From the NCBI GenBank assembly GCA_037447435.1, contig JBBIGR010000030.1, positions 1 through 62,283 on the forward strand: a stretch of 62,283 nucleotides of DNA. Reading direction: 5' to 3'. Below the pieces are notes generated by a model that was not told the origin of the DNA, did no database searches, and was given only the letters and a program-made list of their open reading frames with translations. The position numbers and the translations under genes were made by a program. Shown one piece after another: positions 19,915-30,253 of this stretch (the stretch's first letter is position 1; the number at the start of each line of letters is the position of its first letter). Source of the DNA: Fibrobacteria bacterium (GTDB lineage Bacteria > Fibrobacterota > Chitinivibrionia > Chitinivibrionales > FEN-1185).

Positions 19915-22131
19915 TTATATCATGCGGCTTTTAATTTCCCTAGCCAACGTTATAAATGCGTGCGATTCGGCACGGTTCTGTTTGATAAAAGTATCATTTT
20001 CCGCAAGCACCACGGTTGCTTTCATTTCTTCCGCATTTCTGTAGGTTGCTTTCCGAAATTCGTTTTCGTCGTCTTTTTTCCGGGTCTTAAACACCTGTTC
20101 GCATTTGAATTCCCGGATTCGCATCACTTCGTCTAAAGCTTTTGCCCATTGTGCGGGAGAGACGGTATCCGATTCCAGCAGAAAACATAAAACGGCAAAA
20201 GCATGCTTTTGTTTTTGCAACGGATAGGTATCCCATAATTCATCGTATCGCTTATGAATGCTGTCCCAAGAGTCAAGAATACCTTCGGAAATATCGCGCC
20301 GCAGCGCATCGGCCTCCTTTGTCGTTACGATTTGGCCGCCTAAATTAGACCAATACATTTCCCGTTGCCCGGAAGCGGCAAGGGCTTTTGACATTGACGC
20401 TAAGGAATATTCCCCCCGGAATTTTACATATTGCATGCAGTTTGAAACCGCATAATAAAGCAACATTTCGGAATATGCCCGATAGGCCTTCGGCGCAGAA
20501 GCGACAAGACATTCTCTTTTTGATTTTTCGACGTTTTCGGCAAATATTTCAAGATCGGAACCGTTTGTATCGGCAGTATCGGACAAAAACTTTTTGCCCG
20601 CGGCACGCAATTGGGCGGTATTGCGTAAGTCAAGATCCGTTTTTTGGAGTTTTGCCAACGCCTTTCCTGCCCAGAGTTCCATATTGGCGCGCGCTGCAAT
20701 GATTTCTTCAACGCTATCGGGGGCCAAGGGGTCGAATTCGACGTGTTGCGTCTTGTTTTTCCGTTTGTCGCGGGTCACGAATTTCCAGGAATTTCTTTCA
20801 AGGGCGTACATGTCGTGCATCCACCAAAAGGCGGGGATGATTTCCAGGCGGTCTTTAAAAACGTTGTTATTGACAAGTGAAAACGGGAAACAGACGTTGA
20901 GCTCGTGCGGATAATCGGCTTTTGCGAGCAGCACGAAAGAGGCGAATTTGCTCGAATGCTTGAGGCTGGTACAGAGTCCGGGCCAAAAACCCCTGCCCGC
21001 CTGGATTTCATTGTCGTTTGCGCGCGTATTGTGATTGGAGCCGATCGTTGCGCCGGCCGCGATATTGCTTTGCCCCATGACAAGGGACGCTATGAGGAAT
21101 GAATTATTATGATGCTGTTCGTGCGCGGGGAAAATGAGATTGTTGAGAACTTCGCAGCAGGAAATGGTCGAATTTTCCCCCAGAAAGGAATTAATGAGCC
21201 GCGCGCCGTATTTGAGATTCGAATTGTTGCCGAGTATGAACCGGACCGCTTTGCATCCGTAGAAAATCTTGCACCCGTAGCCGATGATTCCGTTGACAAG
21301 CTCCACGCCTTCGCCGATTTGCGTCGGCTCGCTTGCCGAGGAATTGATGGAAACGTTTTTGATTTTGTTGGCGCCTTTGACATACGCATGTTCCCCGATT
21401 TTCGTGTCTTTGATGATCCGCGAGTTTTTTACCACCGACTGTTCGCCCACGACGCCGTAAAAGCCCCGGCGGGAATCGAAACGCTTTTGCGTAATGGTTT
21501 TTAAGGCGTCGAGGAGTTTTGTATCGTCGCGGTATTTTGCCCAGATATAGGCGTCGGCGGGGATCATGCCGTCGAACGGCAACACTTTTCTGCCGCCGCT
21601 TTCATTCATGAGTTCCATCCAGACGCGGACATCCTCGGATTCGCCGTCTTTTAAAATTCCGTTGCCGAATTTCGCGTGGTTCGACGTATGCATTTCGTCT
21701 ATGTTCGCCAGGATGCAACGATTACTTATGATAAAATGCGAAAGATACCGGACGTTATGGATCGCGACGTCGTCGCCGATGTCGCACGAGATGATTCTGC
21801 TCTTCGAAATGCCCGCCGGGATTTGCATGTCGTGATGCTGCAAAATCACGTTCCGAAGCGTTCCGATTCTGACAAGCCCGAAAAAGTCGTTATCTCTCAG
21901 TAAATTAGGATCAAAGTCGTCGCTGACGAGCAAATCGTTCCAATTGTCGGACGTGTTGTTGTTGCGGATGAGCACCTCGATTTCATTGAACCGCAGGTTC
22001 CGCCATTGTTTGCGGCCGTTTTGCTCCTGTTGATTCCGTATGTAATATTCATCTTGACCTGCGCCACAATATTCTTTTGGTATGAAATTTCTTCCGATGC
22101 TTATTTTAGGCAGAATGACGACATTATCCAT
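19915..22131 (-). CDS. DUF4954 family protein
   Basis: NHAKFGNG, NESGGRKV, central hexapeptide-like stretch, TISCCEVLN, EQHHNNSFL, GSNHN. Confidence 0.82.
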   Translation of the reverse strand: MDNVVILPKISIGRNFIPKEYCGAGQDEYYIRNQQEQNGRKQWRNLRFNEIEVLIRNNNTSDNWNDLLVSDDFDPNLLRDNDFFGLVRIGTLRNVILQHHDMQIPAGISKSRIISCDIGDDVAIHNVRYLSHFIISNRCILANIDEMHTSNHAKFGNGILKDGESEDVRVWMELMNESGGRKVLPFDGMIPADAYIWAKYRDDTKLLDALKTITQKRFDSRRGFYGVVGEQSVVKNSRIIKDTKIGEHAYVKGANKIKNVSINSSASEPTQIGEGVELVNGIIGYGCKIFYGCKAVRFILGNNSNLKYGARLINSFLGENSTISCCEVLNNLIFPAHEQHHNNSFLIASLVMGQSNIAAGATIGSNHNTRANDNEIQAGRGFWPGLCTSLKHSSKFASFVLLAKADYPHELNVCFPFSLVNNNVFKDRLEIIPAFWWMHDMYALERNSWKFVTRDKRKNKTQHVEFDPLAPDSVEEIIAARANMELWAGKALAKLQKTDLDLRNTAQLRAAGKKFLSDTADTNGSDLEIFAENVEKSKRECLVASAPKAYRAYSEMLLYYAVSNCMQYVKFRGEYSLASMSKALAASGQREMYWSNLGGQIVTTKEADALRRDISEGILDSWDSIHKRYDELWDTYPLQKQKHAFAVLCFLLESDTVSPAQWAKALDEVMRIREFKCEQVFKTRKKDDENEFRKATYRNAEEMKATVVLAENDTFIKQNRAESHAFITLAREIKSRMI

Positions 22132-22249
22132 AAGAGGTGCGTTCCGTTGAAGAAAAAGAAAAAGGAAAAGAATGAATATAAAATAAATATGTGTGGCAAC
22201 TATATATAAAATATCTACGCTTTTTGCGTAGAAAGTACTCTAAATCGAC

Positions 22250-22279
22250 AGCAATCCGCGAGCAAGCAGGCGGATTGCT
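22250..22279. other. perfect 10-bp inverted repeat in a divergent intergenic region
   Basis: AGCAATCCGC-N10-GCGGATTGCT followed by ATTTT; terminator, operator or REP unresolved. Confidence 0.4.
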
Positions 22280-22370
22280 ATTTTAAACACAGGAAAAACA
22301 ATCTTTTGGGAAAATGGTTGCAGGATAATAATAAAACCGGCTAAAGAGGATATCTTATATATTTAATGAT

Positions 22371-23861
22371 ATGAAAAAAACAGCCATTCTGCTAATCCTT
22401 TTGTTGTTCGGTATGTTCGAACCCGGCATTGCCGCGTCGGAGATCAAAGAGAATGCAAAAGTAAAGGTCTTCGTCATTCCGGTGGAAGGCGACGTGGAGC
22501 CGGCAATGGCCGTTTTCATTGCCCGTGCGATCCATGACGCGTCCCGGTATCCCGATGCGTTATTCGTCCTTGAAATGGACACCTTCGGCGGCAGGGTCGA
22601 TGCGGCGTTTCAAATTGTCGATACCATGCTCAATGCCCCGCGCAACCGGACGATTGCATTTGTCAAAACAAAGGCTATTTCCGCAGGCGCGCTCATCGCG
22701 CTGTCGTGTTCCAAACTCGTAATGAGGCACAATACGACCATTGGCGATTGTGCGCCCATTTCGATTTCGCAGGAAGGCGGGCCGCAAATGCTCGGGGAAA
22801 AATTCCAATCCCCTTTGCGCGCCAAATTCCGCACAATGGCAAAACGAAACGGTTTTCCCGAAAAGCTTTCCGAAGCCATGGTCACGACCGGCATGGTGGT
22901 GTATGAAGTGAAATTTCCGGACAGTACCGTGTATTTGGATTCGACCGGGCTTGCGGATTTGTCGAAACAGCAAGCGGGGAAAATTCTTTCCAAAAAAACG
23001 ATTGTTGACAAAGGTCAATTGCTCACGATGGACGACGTCGAGGCGCAAAAGCTCGGGTTTTCGAAAATGAGCGTAAACACCATTGAGGAAATGCTCGAGA
23101 ATTTAGGGATAAAAAATTTTGAAATTATCCGGGTCACGCAAAATTGGTCGGAAGTGTTTGTCCGTTTTATAGCGACAATAGCGCCGATTTTGCTGATCAT
23201 CGGGTTTGCGGGTATTTACATAGAATATAAGCATCCGGGACTTATTTTACCCGGCGTCGTGGGCGGTTTATGCCTCGGATTGGTATTTTTCGGTCAATAT
23301 TTGGTCGGTTTGGGTTCTCATACGTCGCTTTTGTTGATAGTGCTGGGCATCGTATTGCTCGGGGTGGAAATGTTCGTGCTGCCCGGATTCGGCATTGCGG
23401 GCATAGCCGGCATTGGCGCCCTGGTTATCGGCATGATCTTATCGTTGCAGGGATTTGTCTTGCCCAATCCTTCGATGCCGTGGCAGAAATTGCAAATGAC
23501 TTCGAATATCGGTATGGTGGTCGGCAGCTTTGTTGCGGCGTTCATCGCATCGATACTTTTCATACGATTCGTCATTCCGAGGTTTTCGCAAGTTGTAAAG
23601 GGTCCGTATTTGACGGAAACTTTGTCGGGTGGCCGGGCGGATTCGGAAGCGGGCAAAGGAATTGCCGTCGGAGACAGCGGCATCGTGGTGAATCCCCTTC
23701 GACCGTCGGGAAAAGTGAAAATAGGGGAAAAGGTGGTTGACGTCGTTGCTGAAGGCGATTTCGTTGAAAAGGGTGCCGCGGTTATCGTCACATTCGTCAC
23801 CGGAAACAAAATTACCGTTTCCCGAAAGGTAAACGATGACCCCATGCTTCCCATGGGATAA
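22371..23861 (+). CDS. nfeD: long-form NfeD (ClpP-like serine protease domain + TM bundle + OB fold)
   Basis: MDTFGGRVD, AISAGALI (Ser), EK (Lys), LLTM, multi-TM core, LRPSGKV...DVVAEG. Confidence 0.9.
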   Translation: MKKTAILLILLLFGMFEPGIAASEIKENAKVKVFVIPVEGDVEPAMAVFIARAIHDASRYPDALFVLEMDTFGGRVDAAFQIVDTMLNAPRNRTIAFVKTKAISAGALIALSCSKLVMRHNTTIGDCAPISISQEGGPQMLGEKFQSPLRAKFRTMAKRNGFPEKLSEAMVTTGMVVYEVKFPDSTVYLDSTGLADLSKQQAGKILSKKTIVDKGQLLTMDDVEAQKLGFSKMSVNTIEEMLENLGIKNFEIIRVTQNWSEVFVRFIATIAPILLIIGFAGIYIEYKHPGLILPGVVGGLCLGLVFFGQYLVGLGSHTSLLLIVLGIVLLGVEMFVLPGFGIAGIAGIGALVIGMILSLQGFVLPNPSMPWQKLQMTSNIGMVVGSFVAAFIASILFIRFVIPRFSQVVKGPYLTETLSGGRADSEAGKGIAVGDSGIVVNPLRPSGKVKIGEKVVDVVAEGDFVEKGAAVIVTFVTGNKITVSRKVNDDPMLPMG

Positions 23862-23912
23862 GTTTATTTTATATATTATATACGCTAAACGCGTATATAA
23901 TTCAGAATATAG

Positions 23913-24392
23913 GTGCTAATGCTTAAACTTGTTTTCCCGATAATTCTGCAATTGCTCGGAACGCTTGTCGTCATTGCCGAATTTTTCATTCCGTCGGGCG
24001 GGCTTATTTCGATTGTTGCGATAGGATTATTCGGATATTCGTTATATTTGGTGTTTGCGACAGTCTCCGCTGCGGCCGGCTTTTGGTTTGTCTCCGCCGA
24101 CATTCTTCTTATTCCGGTTTTAATCGTTGTCGGGCTTCGAATTGTAGCCCGATCTCCGGCTTCACTTAAGAAAACATTATCCAGCTCGGAAGGCGTTTCA
24201 TCGCAGTCGGAGCATTTGGCTTTGTTTATTGGAAAAGAAGGTCACACTGTTTCGCCATTGCATCCCTCCGGTATCGCTCTTATTAACGGCCAGCGGGTCG
24301 ATGTTGTTTCCTCGGGCGAATTTATAGACAAAAATACCCCGGTAACCGTCATTGCGGTTACTGCCAATCAGGTCGTTGTCAAAAAAAAGTAA
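23913..24392 (+). CDS. short-form NfeD family membrane protein
   Basis: AEFFIPSGG TM segment, GKEGHTVSPLHPSG...RVDVVSSGEFI. Confidence 0.88.
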   Translation: MLMLKLVFPIILQLLGTLVVIAEFFIPSGGLISIVAIGLFGYSLYLVFATVSAAAGFWFVSADILLIPVLIVVGLRIVARSPASLKKTLSSSEGVSSQSEHLALFIGKEGHTVSPLHPSGIALINGQRVDVVSSGEFIDKNTPVTVIAVTANQVVVKKK

Positions 24393-24548
24393 CATAAAAA
24401 ATTTGTAACAAAAATCATAACGGAAAAGTCAAACCGTAATATAAAACCAATAAATCTCAAATAATCCGGATTTATTTTAAAAGGCCCTCTTTTCACATTC
24501 GCTTAAAAAAGGGCAGAGCGAGAATTTTCACTTGTTTGAAATCAAAAT

Positions 24549-25598
24549 ATGAAAAAAAAATTATTTGCACTGTCGTGCGTTGCTAGTGTGGCCGTAATGC
24601 TTTGCGTATGTTCCAAAGGCCCGAATAAAAACGTGCCTGCCGTTTCCGTAAAATCGGTACCGGTCGTGGAAGGATTCGTCGTACGGCCGAGCGTCATACA
24701 ACAAGCCATAACCATTTCGGGTACTTTGAAACCGTTTGAAGAGACCGTTCTCATGCCGGAAGTAACGGGACGCGTTACAAACGTTAATTTACCGGAAGGA
24801 AAATTCGTACAACAAGGGACCTTGCTTGTTAAATTGTACGACGGCGATTTGCAGGCAGGTCTTAAAAAGGCCCAGACGCAACTTGACATTGCGGAGCAAA
24901 CCCAAAAAAGGCAAAGCGAGCTTATAAAAATAAACGGCATCAGCCAATCGGATTACGATCAGGCCGTACTGCAGGTGAACTCGATAAACGCGGACATTGA
25001 AATTTTGAAAGTGCAAATACGTAAAACGGAAGTGCGGGCGCCGTTCGACGGTGTCATCGGACTTCGCAATATCAGTCTTGGCGCCGAAGTTACTCCTACC
25101 ACATCTCTTGCAACAATACGGTCTCTGCAACAGCTCAAATTGGATTTCAGCGTTCCGGAAAAATACAGCGGCGATGTGAAAGCGGGTATGAAAGTAAGAT
25201 TTTCCGTACAAGGAAACGATACAAAGTACGATGCGACGGTCATGGCAACTGAAGAGGGAATCGATGTGACGACCCGCAATCTGAAAGCGCGTGCGGTTGT
25301 GAAGAATAAAAATGCGGTACTAAAGCCGGGCGCATTTGCAAATGTGGAGCTCGAATTGAAAGACATAAATAATGCCCTCATGGTCCCGACACAGGCTATT
25401 ATTCCTCAGGACCTGAATAAACAGTTGATTGTGGAAAAAGACGGAAAAGCAAAATTCGTCACCGTGCAAACAGGAGTACGGCAGGCTTCAAATATTCAGG
25501 TTTTAAACGGCGTAGCTGCCGGGGATACTATTGTTACAACTGGAATTCTTTTCTTAAAACCCGGAGCAGCCCTGAAATTTTCCAAGGTAAGCCAATAA
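24549..25598 (+). CDS. RND efflux periplasmic adaptor (MFP)
   Basis: EVTGRV...EGKFVQQGTLL, VRAPFDGVIG, LKPGAFANV, VPTQAI. Confidence 0.95.
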   Translation: MKKKLFALSCVASVAVMLCVCSKGPNKNVPAVSVKSVPVVEGFVVRPSVIQQAITISGTLKPFEETVLMPEVTGRVTNVNLPEGKFVQQGTLLVKLYDGDLQAGLKKAQTQLDIAEQTQKRQSELIKINGISQSDYDQAVLQVNSINADIEILKVQIRKTEVRAPFDGVIGLRNISLGAEVTPTTSLATIRSLQQLKLDFSVPEKYSGDVKAGMKVRFSVQGNDTKYDATVMATEEGIDVTTRNLKARAVVKNKNAVLKPGAFANVELELKDINNALMVPTQAIIPQDLNKQLIVEKDGKAKFVTVQTGVRQASNIQVLNGVAAGDTIVTTGILFLKPGAALKFSKVSQ

Positions 25599-25605
25599 CG
25601 ATAAT

Positions 25606-25750
25606 AGGAAAATCCCCTTGTCGTTAGCGACAAGGGGATAAATAATTTTTAAGGAAACATCCCCTCGTCAAAGCACGAGGGGATGAAATTTCTTTAAGGA
25701 AACAAATAACAATAGGGCTTGCTCTTCCGGCATTAGCCGGAAGAGCAAGC
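25606..25750. repeat. cluster of three hairpins (REP/BIME-like)
   Basis: ATCCCCTTGTCG/CGACAAGGGGAT (25612-25639), CATCCCCTCGT/ACGAGGGGATG (25658-25685), GCTTGCTCTTCCGGC/GCCGGAAGAGCAAGC (25717-25750). Confidence 0.75.
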
Positions 25751-25760
25751 GAGAAATTTC

Positions 25761-28700
25761 ATGAATCTTTCCGAATTCTCTCTTCATCGTCCCGTTGCTT
25801 CTATTGTAATGAGCCTGGTCATCGTATTATTCGGTGTCGTGGGCTTTAATTTTTTGGGAGTCCGTTTATACCCTGCAATTGATCCGCCGGTTATTTCCGT
25901 ACGTACGAATTATACGGGTGCGAGTGCCGATATAATAAAATCACAAATTACCGAACCGCTCGAAAAAGCAATCAACGGTATTGAGGGCATCAGGACGATT
26001 TCATCGTCTTCGGCAACGGGATCCAGCAATATCACGGTCGAATTCAATGTCGGGGCAGACCTGGAAAAAGCGGCAAACGACGTTCGCGATAAAACAACTG
26101 CCGCAGTCAGAAGCCTTCCGCAGGACATAGACGCACCGCCTGTTGTCAGTAAGGCGGATGCAAACAGCGATCCGATCGTTACCCTTGCCGTGCAAAGCAC
26201 GACTATGAACGCGCTTCAACTGAGCGATTATGCCGAAAATATCCTGCAGGAAAAATTGCAAACAATACCCGGCATAAGTTCCGTGGCGCTGTACGGTCAA
26301 AAAAGACCTGCCATGCGATTATGGTTAAATCCGGATAAAATGGCGGCCTATAGCATTACGCCCGAAGACATAAATATCGCACTTGACAAGGAAAACGTCG
26401 ACCTGCCGGGCGGAAAATTGACCGGAAAATCGACCGAGCTCATTGTAAAAACGTACGGACGGCTCGTTACCGAACAGGATTTCAATAATCTTATCATAAA
26501 GCAAACAAACGACCAGATCATCCGGTTCAGCGATATCGGCGAAGCGGTATTAGGTCCGGAAAACCCCGAAACCGGGGTGAAACTGAATGGCGCCGAGGGG
26601 ATTAACCTTGCTCTTATACCGTTGCCGGGTGCCAATACCATCGATATCGCGAATGAATTTTACAAACGATTCGATGAAATTCAGAAAACCCTGCCTCCAG
26701 GCTTGAAATTGTTTATCGGGTACGATAAATCCGTTTTCGTACGGCATTCGGTCGAAGATGTCAGAATGACTATCGGCATAGCGCTGTTTCTGGTCATCCT
26801 GATCGTATTTTTATTTTTCAGAAATTGGATTTTAGCCCTTCGTCCTTTAATCGATATTCCCGTGTCCCTCATCGGCGCGTTTTTCATAATGTATCTATTC
26901 GGGTTTTCAATCAATGTGCTGACATTGCTCGCCATAGTGCTTGCTACAGGGCTTGTCGTGGACGACGGCATTGTCGTAACGGAAAATATTTATAAAAAAA
27001 TCGAACGCGGCATGGATGTTTGGACCGCGGCCATTCAAGGGACGCGTGAAATTTTCTTTGTCGTCATTGCCACGTCGATGACGCTTGCCATCGTTTTCAT
27101 ACCCGTGATTTTCCTGCAGGGTTTTACCGGGAGATTGTTTCGCGAATTCGGCATCGTGCTTGCCGGTGCAGTGCTTATTTCCGCGTTCGTGTCGTTGACG
27201 CTCACACCCGTCCTGAACCTGAAACTCGGAAAAATCAATACGCAACATTCCCGCTTTTACACTGCGACCGAGCCCTTTTTTGTCGGCATGGAAAATGGGT
27301 ACAGACGGCTTCTAAAAGCCTTTATGAACCGTAAATGGTTATCGTTTGTCATATTGGGCGTTTGCGTCCTCCTGATTTTCACTTTATCGAAAACGTTGAA
27401 ATCGGAATTGGCGCCGCTCGAAGACCATAGTCTCATACGTGCGTCGGTGACGTTGCCCGAAGGAACCGGTTTCGATTATACGATGAACCTCGTTGACCGG
27501 ATTGCGCAATTGCAAATGGACAGTTTTCCCGAAACACGGCTTTTATTCTCGGGTGCCGGCCTGGGAGGCGGCAATACGAACGCAGGCGTTGTCCAGGCAT
27601 TCCTTGTCGATCCCAAGGAGCGAGTCGCATCGCAACAACAAATTTATGACCGGTTGACGAGAATGTACAAACGATTTCCTGCAGCGCGGATTATTCCGAA
27701 CCAGGAACCGACCATTTCCACGTCGCTTGCCGCAGGAAGACAATTGCCCGTTCAATTCGTGGTTCAAAATCTGGACTTTAAAAAGTTGCAGGAAGCGCTC
27801 CCGAAATTTTTTGAAGAAGCCCGTAATGACCCGACATTCGGTAATATCGATGTCGATTTGAAATTCAACAAACCGGAATTAAATCTTACGATCGACAGGC
27901 TGAAGGCAACCGATTTGGGCGTCAACGTTGTGGATGTGTCGAATACCTTGAACTATGCTTTAAGCGGACGCAGATACGGGTATTATTTACGGGATGGAAA
28001 ACAATACCAGGTCATCGGCCAGGTCGAGCGGGAAGAACGGAACAAACCCGCGGACATTGCTTCGCTCTACGTTCGCAATAATGTCGGCAATTTGATTCAA
28101 CTCGACAATTTAGTAACAATGAAGGAAAGCAGCAGTCCGCCGACGCTCTATCATTTCAACCGTTTTGAATCGGCAACGGTTTCGGCGACGCTTGCTCCGG
28201 GAAAAACATTGGGCGAAGGTATCGCGGCTATGAAGAAAATTGCAAAGAAAAATCTGGATGAAACGTTTCACACCGAACTTGCCGGGTCGTCTCGGGATTT
28301 TGCGGAAAGCAGTTCGAATACGTTGTTTGCCCTGATACTTGCCTTATTGCTTATCTATCTGATTCTTGCGGCTCAGTTCGAAAGTTTTCGGGAACCGTTT
28401 ATTATTATGCTCACCGTACCTTTGGCATTGGCCGGAGCAATGGTTTCGCTCTGGGTTTTCGGCATGACGCTCAATATCTTTTCGGAAATCGGCATGATCA
28501 TGCTCATCGGCTTGGTTACCAAAAACGGCATCCTCATCGTGGAATTTGCAAATCAGAAACGTAAGACCGGGCTTGCGAAAGCGGAAGCCGCTTTCGAAGG
28601 AGCGGTGGCGAGGCTCAGGCCGATTCTCATGACGTCTCTTGCAACGATTTTCGGGGCCATGCCCATTGCACTCGGGCTGGGTGCGGGAGCGGAAAGCCGC

Positions 28701-28838
28701 ATGCCGCTGGGGATCGTCGTTGTCGGCGGCCTTTTATTCGCTTTGATTCTAACGCTTTTCATTATTCCGGTCATGTATATCGTATTGGCAAAAAACAAAA
28801 CCCCTCAGGTGCATACAGCAGAGGCAACGGTCAAATAG
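25761..28838 (+). CDS. RND efflux permease (AcrB/AcrD/AcrF family)
   Basis: 1025 aa, RPVAS, GLVVDDGIVVTENI, GRLFREF, KNGILIVEFA, RLRPILMT. Confidence 0.97.
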   Translation: MNLSEFSLHRPVASIVMSLVIVLFGVVGFNFLGVRLYPAIDPPVISVRTNYTGASADIIKSQITEPLEKAINGIEGIRTISSSSATGSSNITVEFNVGADLEKAANDVRDKTTAAVRSLPQDIDAPPVVSKADANSDPIVTLAVQSTTMNALQLSDYAENILQEKLQTIPGISSVALYGQKRPAMRLWLNPDKMAAYSITPEDINIALDKENVDLPGGKLTGKSTELIVKTYGRLVTEQDFNNLIIKQTNDQIIRFSDIGEAVLGPENPETGVKLNGAEGINLALIPLPGANTIDIANEFYKRFDEIQKTLPPGLKLFIGYDKSVFVRHSVEDVRMTIGIALFLVILIVFLFFRNWILALRPLIDIPVSLIGAFFIMYLFGFSINVLTLLAIVLATGLVVDDGIVVTENIYKKIERGMDVWTAAIQGTREIFFVVIATSMTLAIVFIPVIFLQGFTGRLFREFGIVLAGAVLISAFVSLTLTPVLNLKLGKINTQHSRFYTATEPFFVGMENGYRRLLKAFMNRKWLSFVILGVCVLLIFTLSKTLKSELAPLEDHSLIRASVTLPEGTGFDYTMNLVDRIAQLQMDSFPETRLLFSGAGLGGGNTNAGVVQAFLVDPKERVASQQQIYDRLTRMYKRFPAARIIPNQEPTISTSLAAGRQLPVQFVVQNLDFKKLQEALPKFFEEARNDPTFGNIDVDLKFNKPELNLTIDRLKATDLGVNVVDVSNTLNYALSGRRYGYYLRDGKQYQVIGQVEREERNKPADIASLYVRNNVGNLIQLDNLVTMKESSSPPTLYHFNRFESATVSATLAPGKTLGEGIAAMKKIAKKNLDETFHTELAGSSRDFAESSSNTLFALILALLLIYLILAAQFESFREPFIIMLTVPLALAGAMVSLWVFGMTLNIFSEIGMIMLIGLVTKNGILIVEFANQKRKTGLAKAEAAFEGAVARLRPILMTSLATIFGAMPIALGLGAGAESRMPLGIVVVGGLLFALILTLFIIPVMYIVLAKNKTPQVHTAEATVK

Positions 28839-28839
28839 C

Positions 28840-30141
28840 GTGAAAATTACTACCATGAAATCACTTTTGTTATTAGTGCTTGCCGCAGTGGCCGCATTTG
28901 GTCAGCCGATGCTTACTTGTGAGAATGCGATTGAAATCGCACTGAAAAACAATTACGATATACTTATTGCACACAACGACGCCGATATTGCCAAAGTCAA
29001 TAACACCCTCGGAAATGCCGGCGTGTTGCCGACCGCGGCAATAACAGGGTCCGATAATTATTCCCTGAACAATATCGATCAGAAGCTCCCGGGCAAGGTT
29101 TCCGATACGGCATATAATTCCCAGTCCAACTCCTTAAACATCGGCGCCGTTTTCAATTGGACATTGTTCGACGGCGGTAAAATGTTCGTGACCAAACGAA
29201 AATTGGGTGAAATTGAGGCCTTGGGCGGTGTTCAATATAAAGATAGAGTGCTTCAAACGATTTACAATGTGACAATAGCCTATTACGATGTGGTGCGCCA
29301 GAAACAGCAATTGGCATCTTTTAACGACGTCATCGCCTATAATCAGGAACGGGTAACAATCTTTCAAACAAGTTTCGACGCGGGTCTGTCTCCTAAAACT
29401 AATATTTTACAGGCAAAAATAGACTTGAATGTCAATAAAGAAAGCGCGATGCGGCAGAAAACGGTGATAACCCAGGCAAAAAGGACGCTGAACCTTTTGC
29501 TCGGCAGGGACGCAAATACGTTGTTTGAAGTCGCGGACTCCATACCGAATACGTTTACACCCGACAGAAGCAAGTTGTTGGAGAGAATCAATACAAGCAA
29601 CACGAGTATACTGGAATTGCAGAAACAGCTTTCGATTGCAAAAATGACCGTTGAGGAAACCGGGACGCTTGGATTGCCGAAGCTTTCCGTGAGCGGAGGA
29701 TATTCGTTTTCGCAAGGCGATAATACGGCCGGAAGCGTATTGACGAACCGTGCGAACGGACCAATGATCGGCGCAGCGGTGTCAATTCCTCTATATCAGG
29801 CAGGGAACGTGGTACGGCAAATTTCCACGGCAAAGCTTCAACTTAAATCGACCGAAATCGAACTCGATAACGTGAAACTGCAAATAAACATTTTGCTGCA
29901 AAACACGTTCGATGATTTCGAGAACCAGCTCCAATTACTTTCCATTGAAAAAGATAATGTCACGCTCGCTAAGGAAAACCTCGATATTTCGTTGGCCAGA
30001 TTAAAACAAGGTCAATCTACCTCGCTTGAACTAAAACTTGCAGAACAAAGTTATGAAGATGCTTTGACCCGGCTTATTTCGATACAATTCAATTGTAAGG
30101 CTGCTGAAACCAAATTAAAACAGCTTTTAAATTTGTTTTAA
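28840..30141 (+). CDS. TolC family outer-membrane efflux protein
   Basis: AIEIALKNN, WTLFDGG, VTIAYYDV, SIPLY; third gene of the RND operon. Confidence 0.93.
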   Translation: MKITTMKSLLLLVLAAVAAFGQPMLTCENAIEIALKNNYDILIAHNDADIAKVNNTLGNAGVLPTAAITGSDNYSLNNIDQKLPGKVSDTAYNSQSNSLNIGAVFNWTLFDGGKMFVTKRKLGEIEALGGVQYKDRVLQTIYNVTIAYYDVVRQKQQLASFNDVIAYNQERVTIFQTSFDAGLSPKTNILQAKIDLNVNKESAMRQKTVITQAKRTLNLLLGRDANTLFEVADSIPNTFTPDRSKLLERINTSNTSILELQKQLSIAKMTVEETGTLGLPKLSVSGGYSFSQGDNTAGSVLTNRANGPMIGAAVSIPLYQAGNVVRQISTAKLQLKSTEIELDNVKLQINILLQNTFDDFENQLQLLSIEKDNVTLAKENLDISLARLKQGQSTSLELKLAEQSYEDALTRLISIQFNCKAAETKLKQLLNLF

Positions 30142-30197
30142 TATTTCATATTGCCGCAATCGGTTGCTCCCCCTAATTTTATCTCACAAACCATCTC

Positions 30198-30226
30198 TTG
30201 CCAGTCATTAAGGCCAATGATATTTT
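30198..30226 (+). promoter_or_regulatory. putative sigma70 promoter
   Basis: TTGCCA-17 nt-TATTTT, ending 27 nt before the kinase ATG. Confidence 0.4.
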
Positions 30227-30253
30227 AGGGAATAGAACATAAGGCGGTCTACA

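Noticed and set aside
25606..25750. Mini CRISPR array
   Set aside because: Only two similar units, no unique spacers of regular length, and no cas genes
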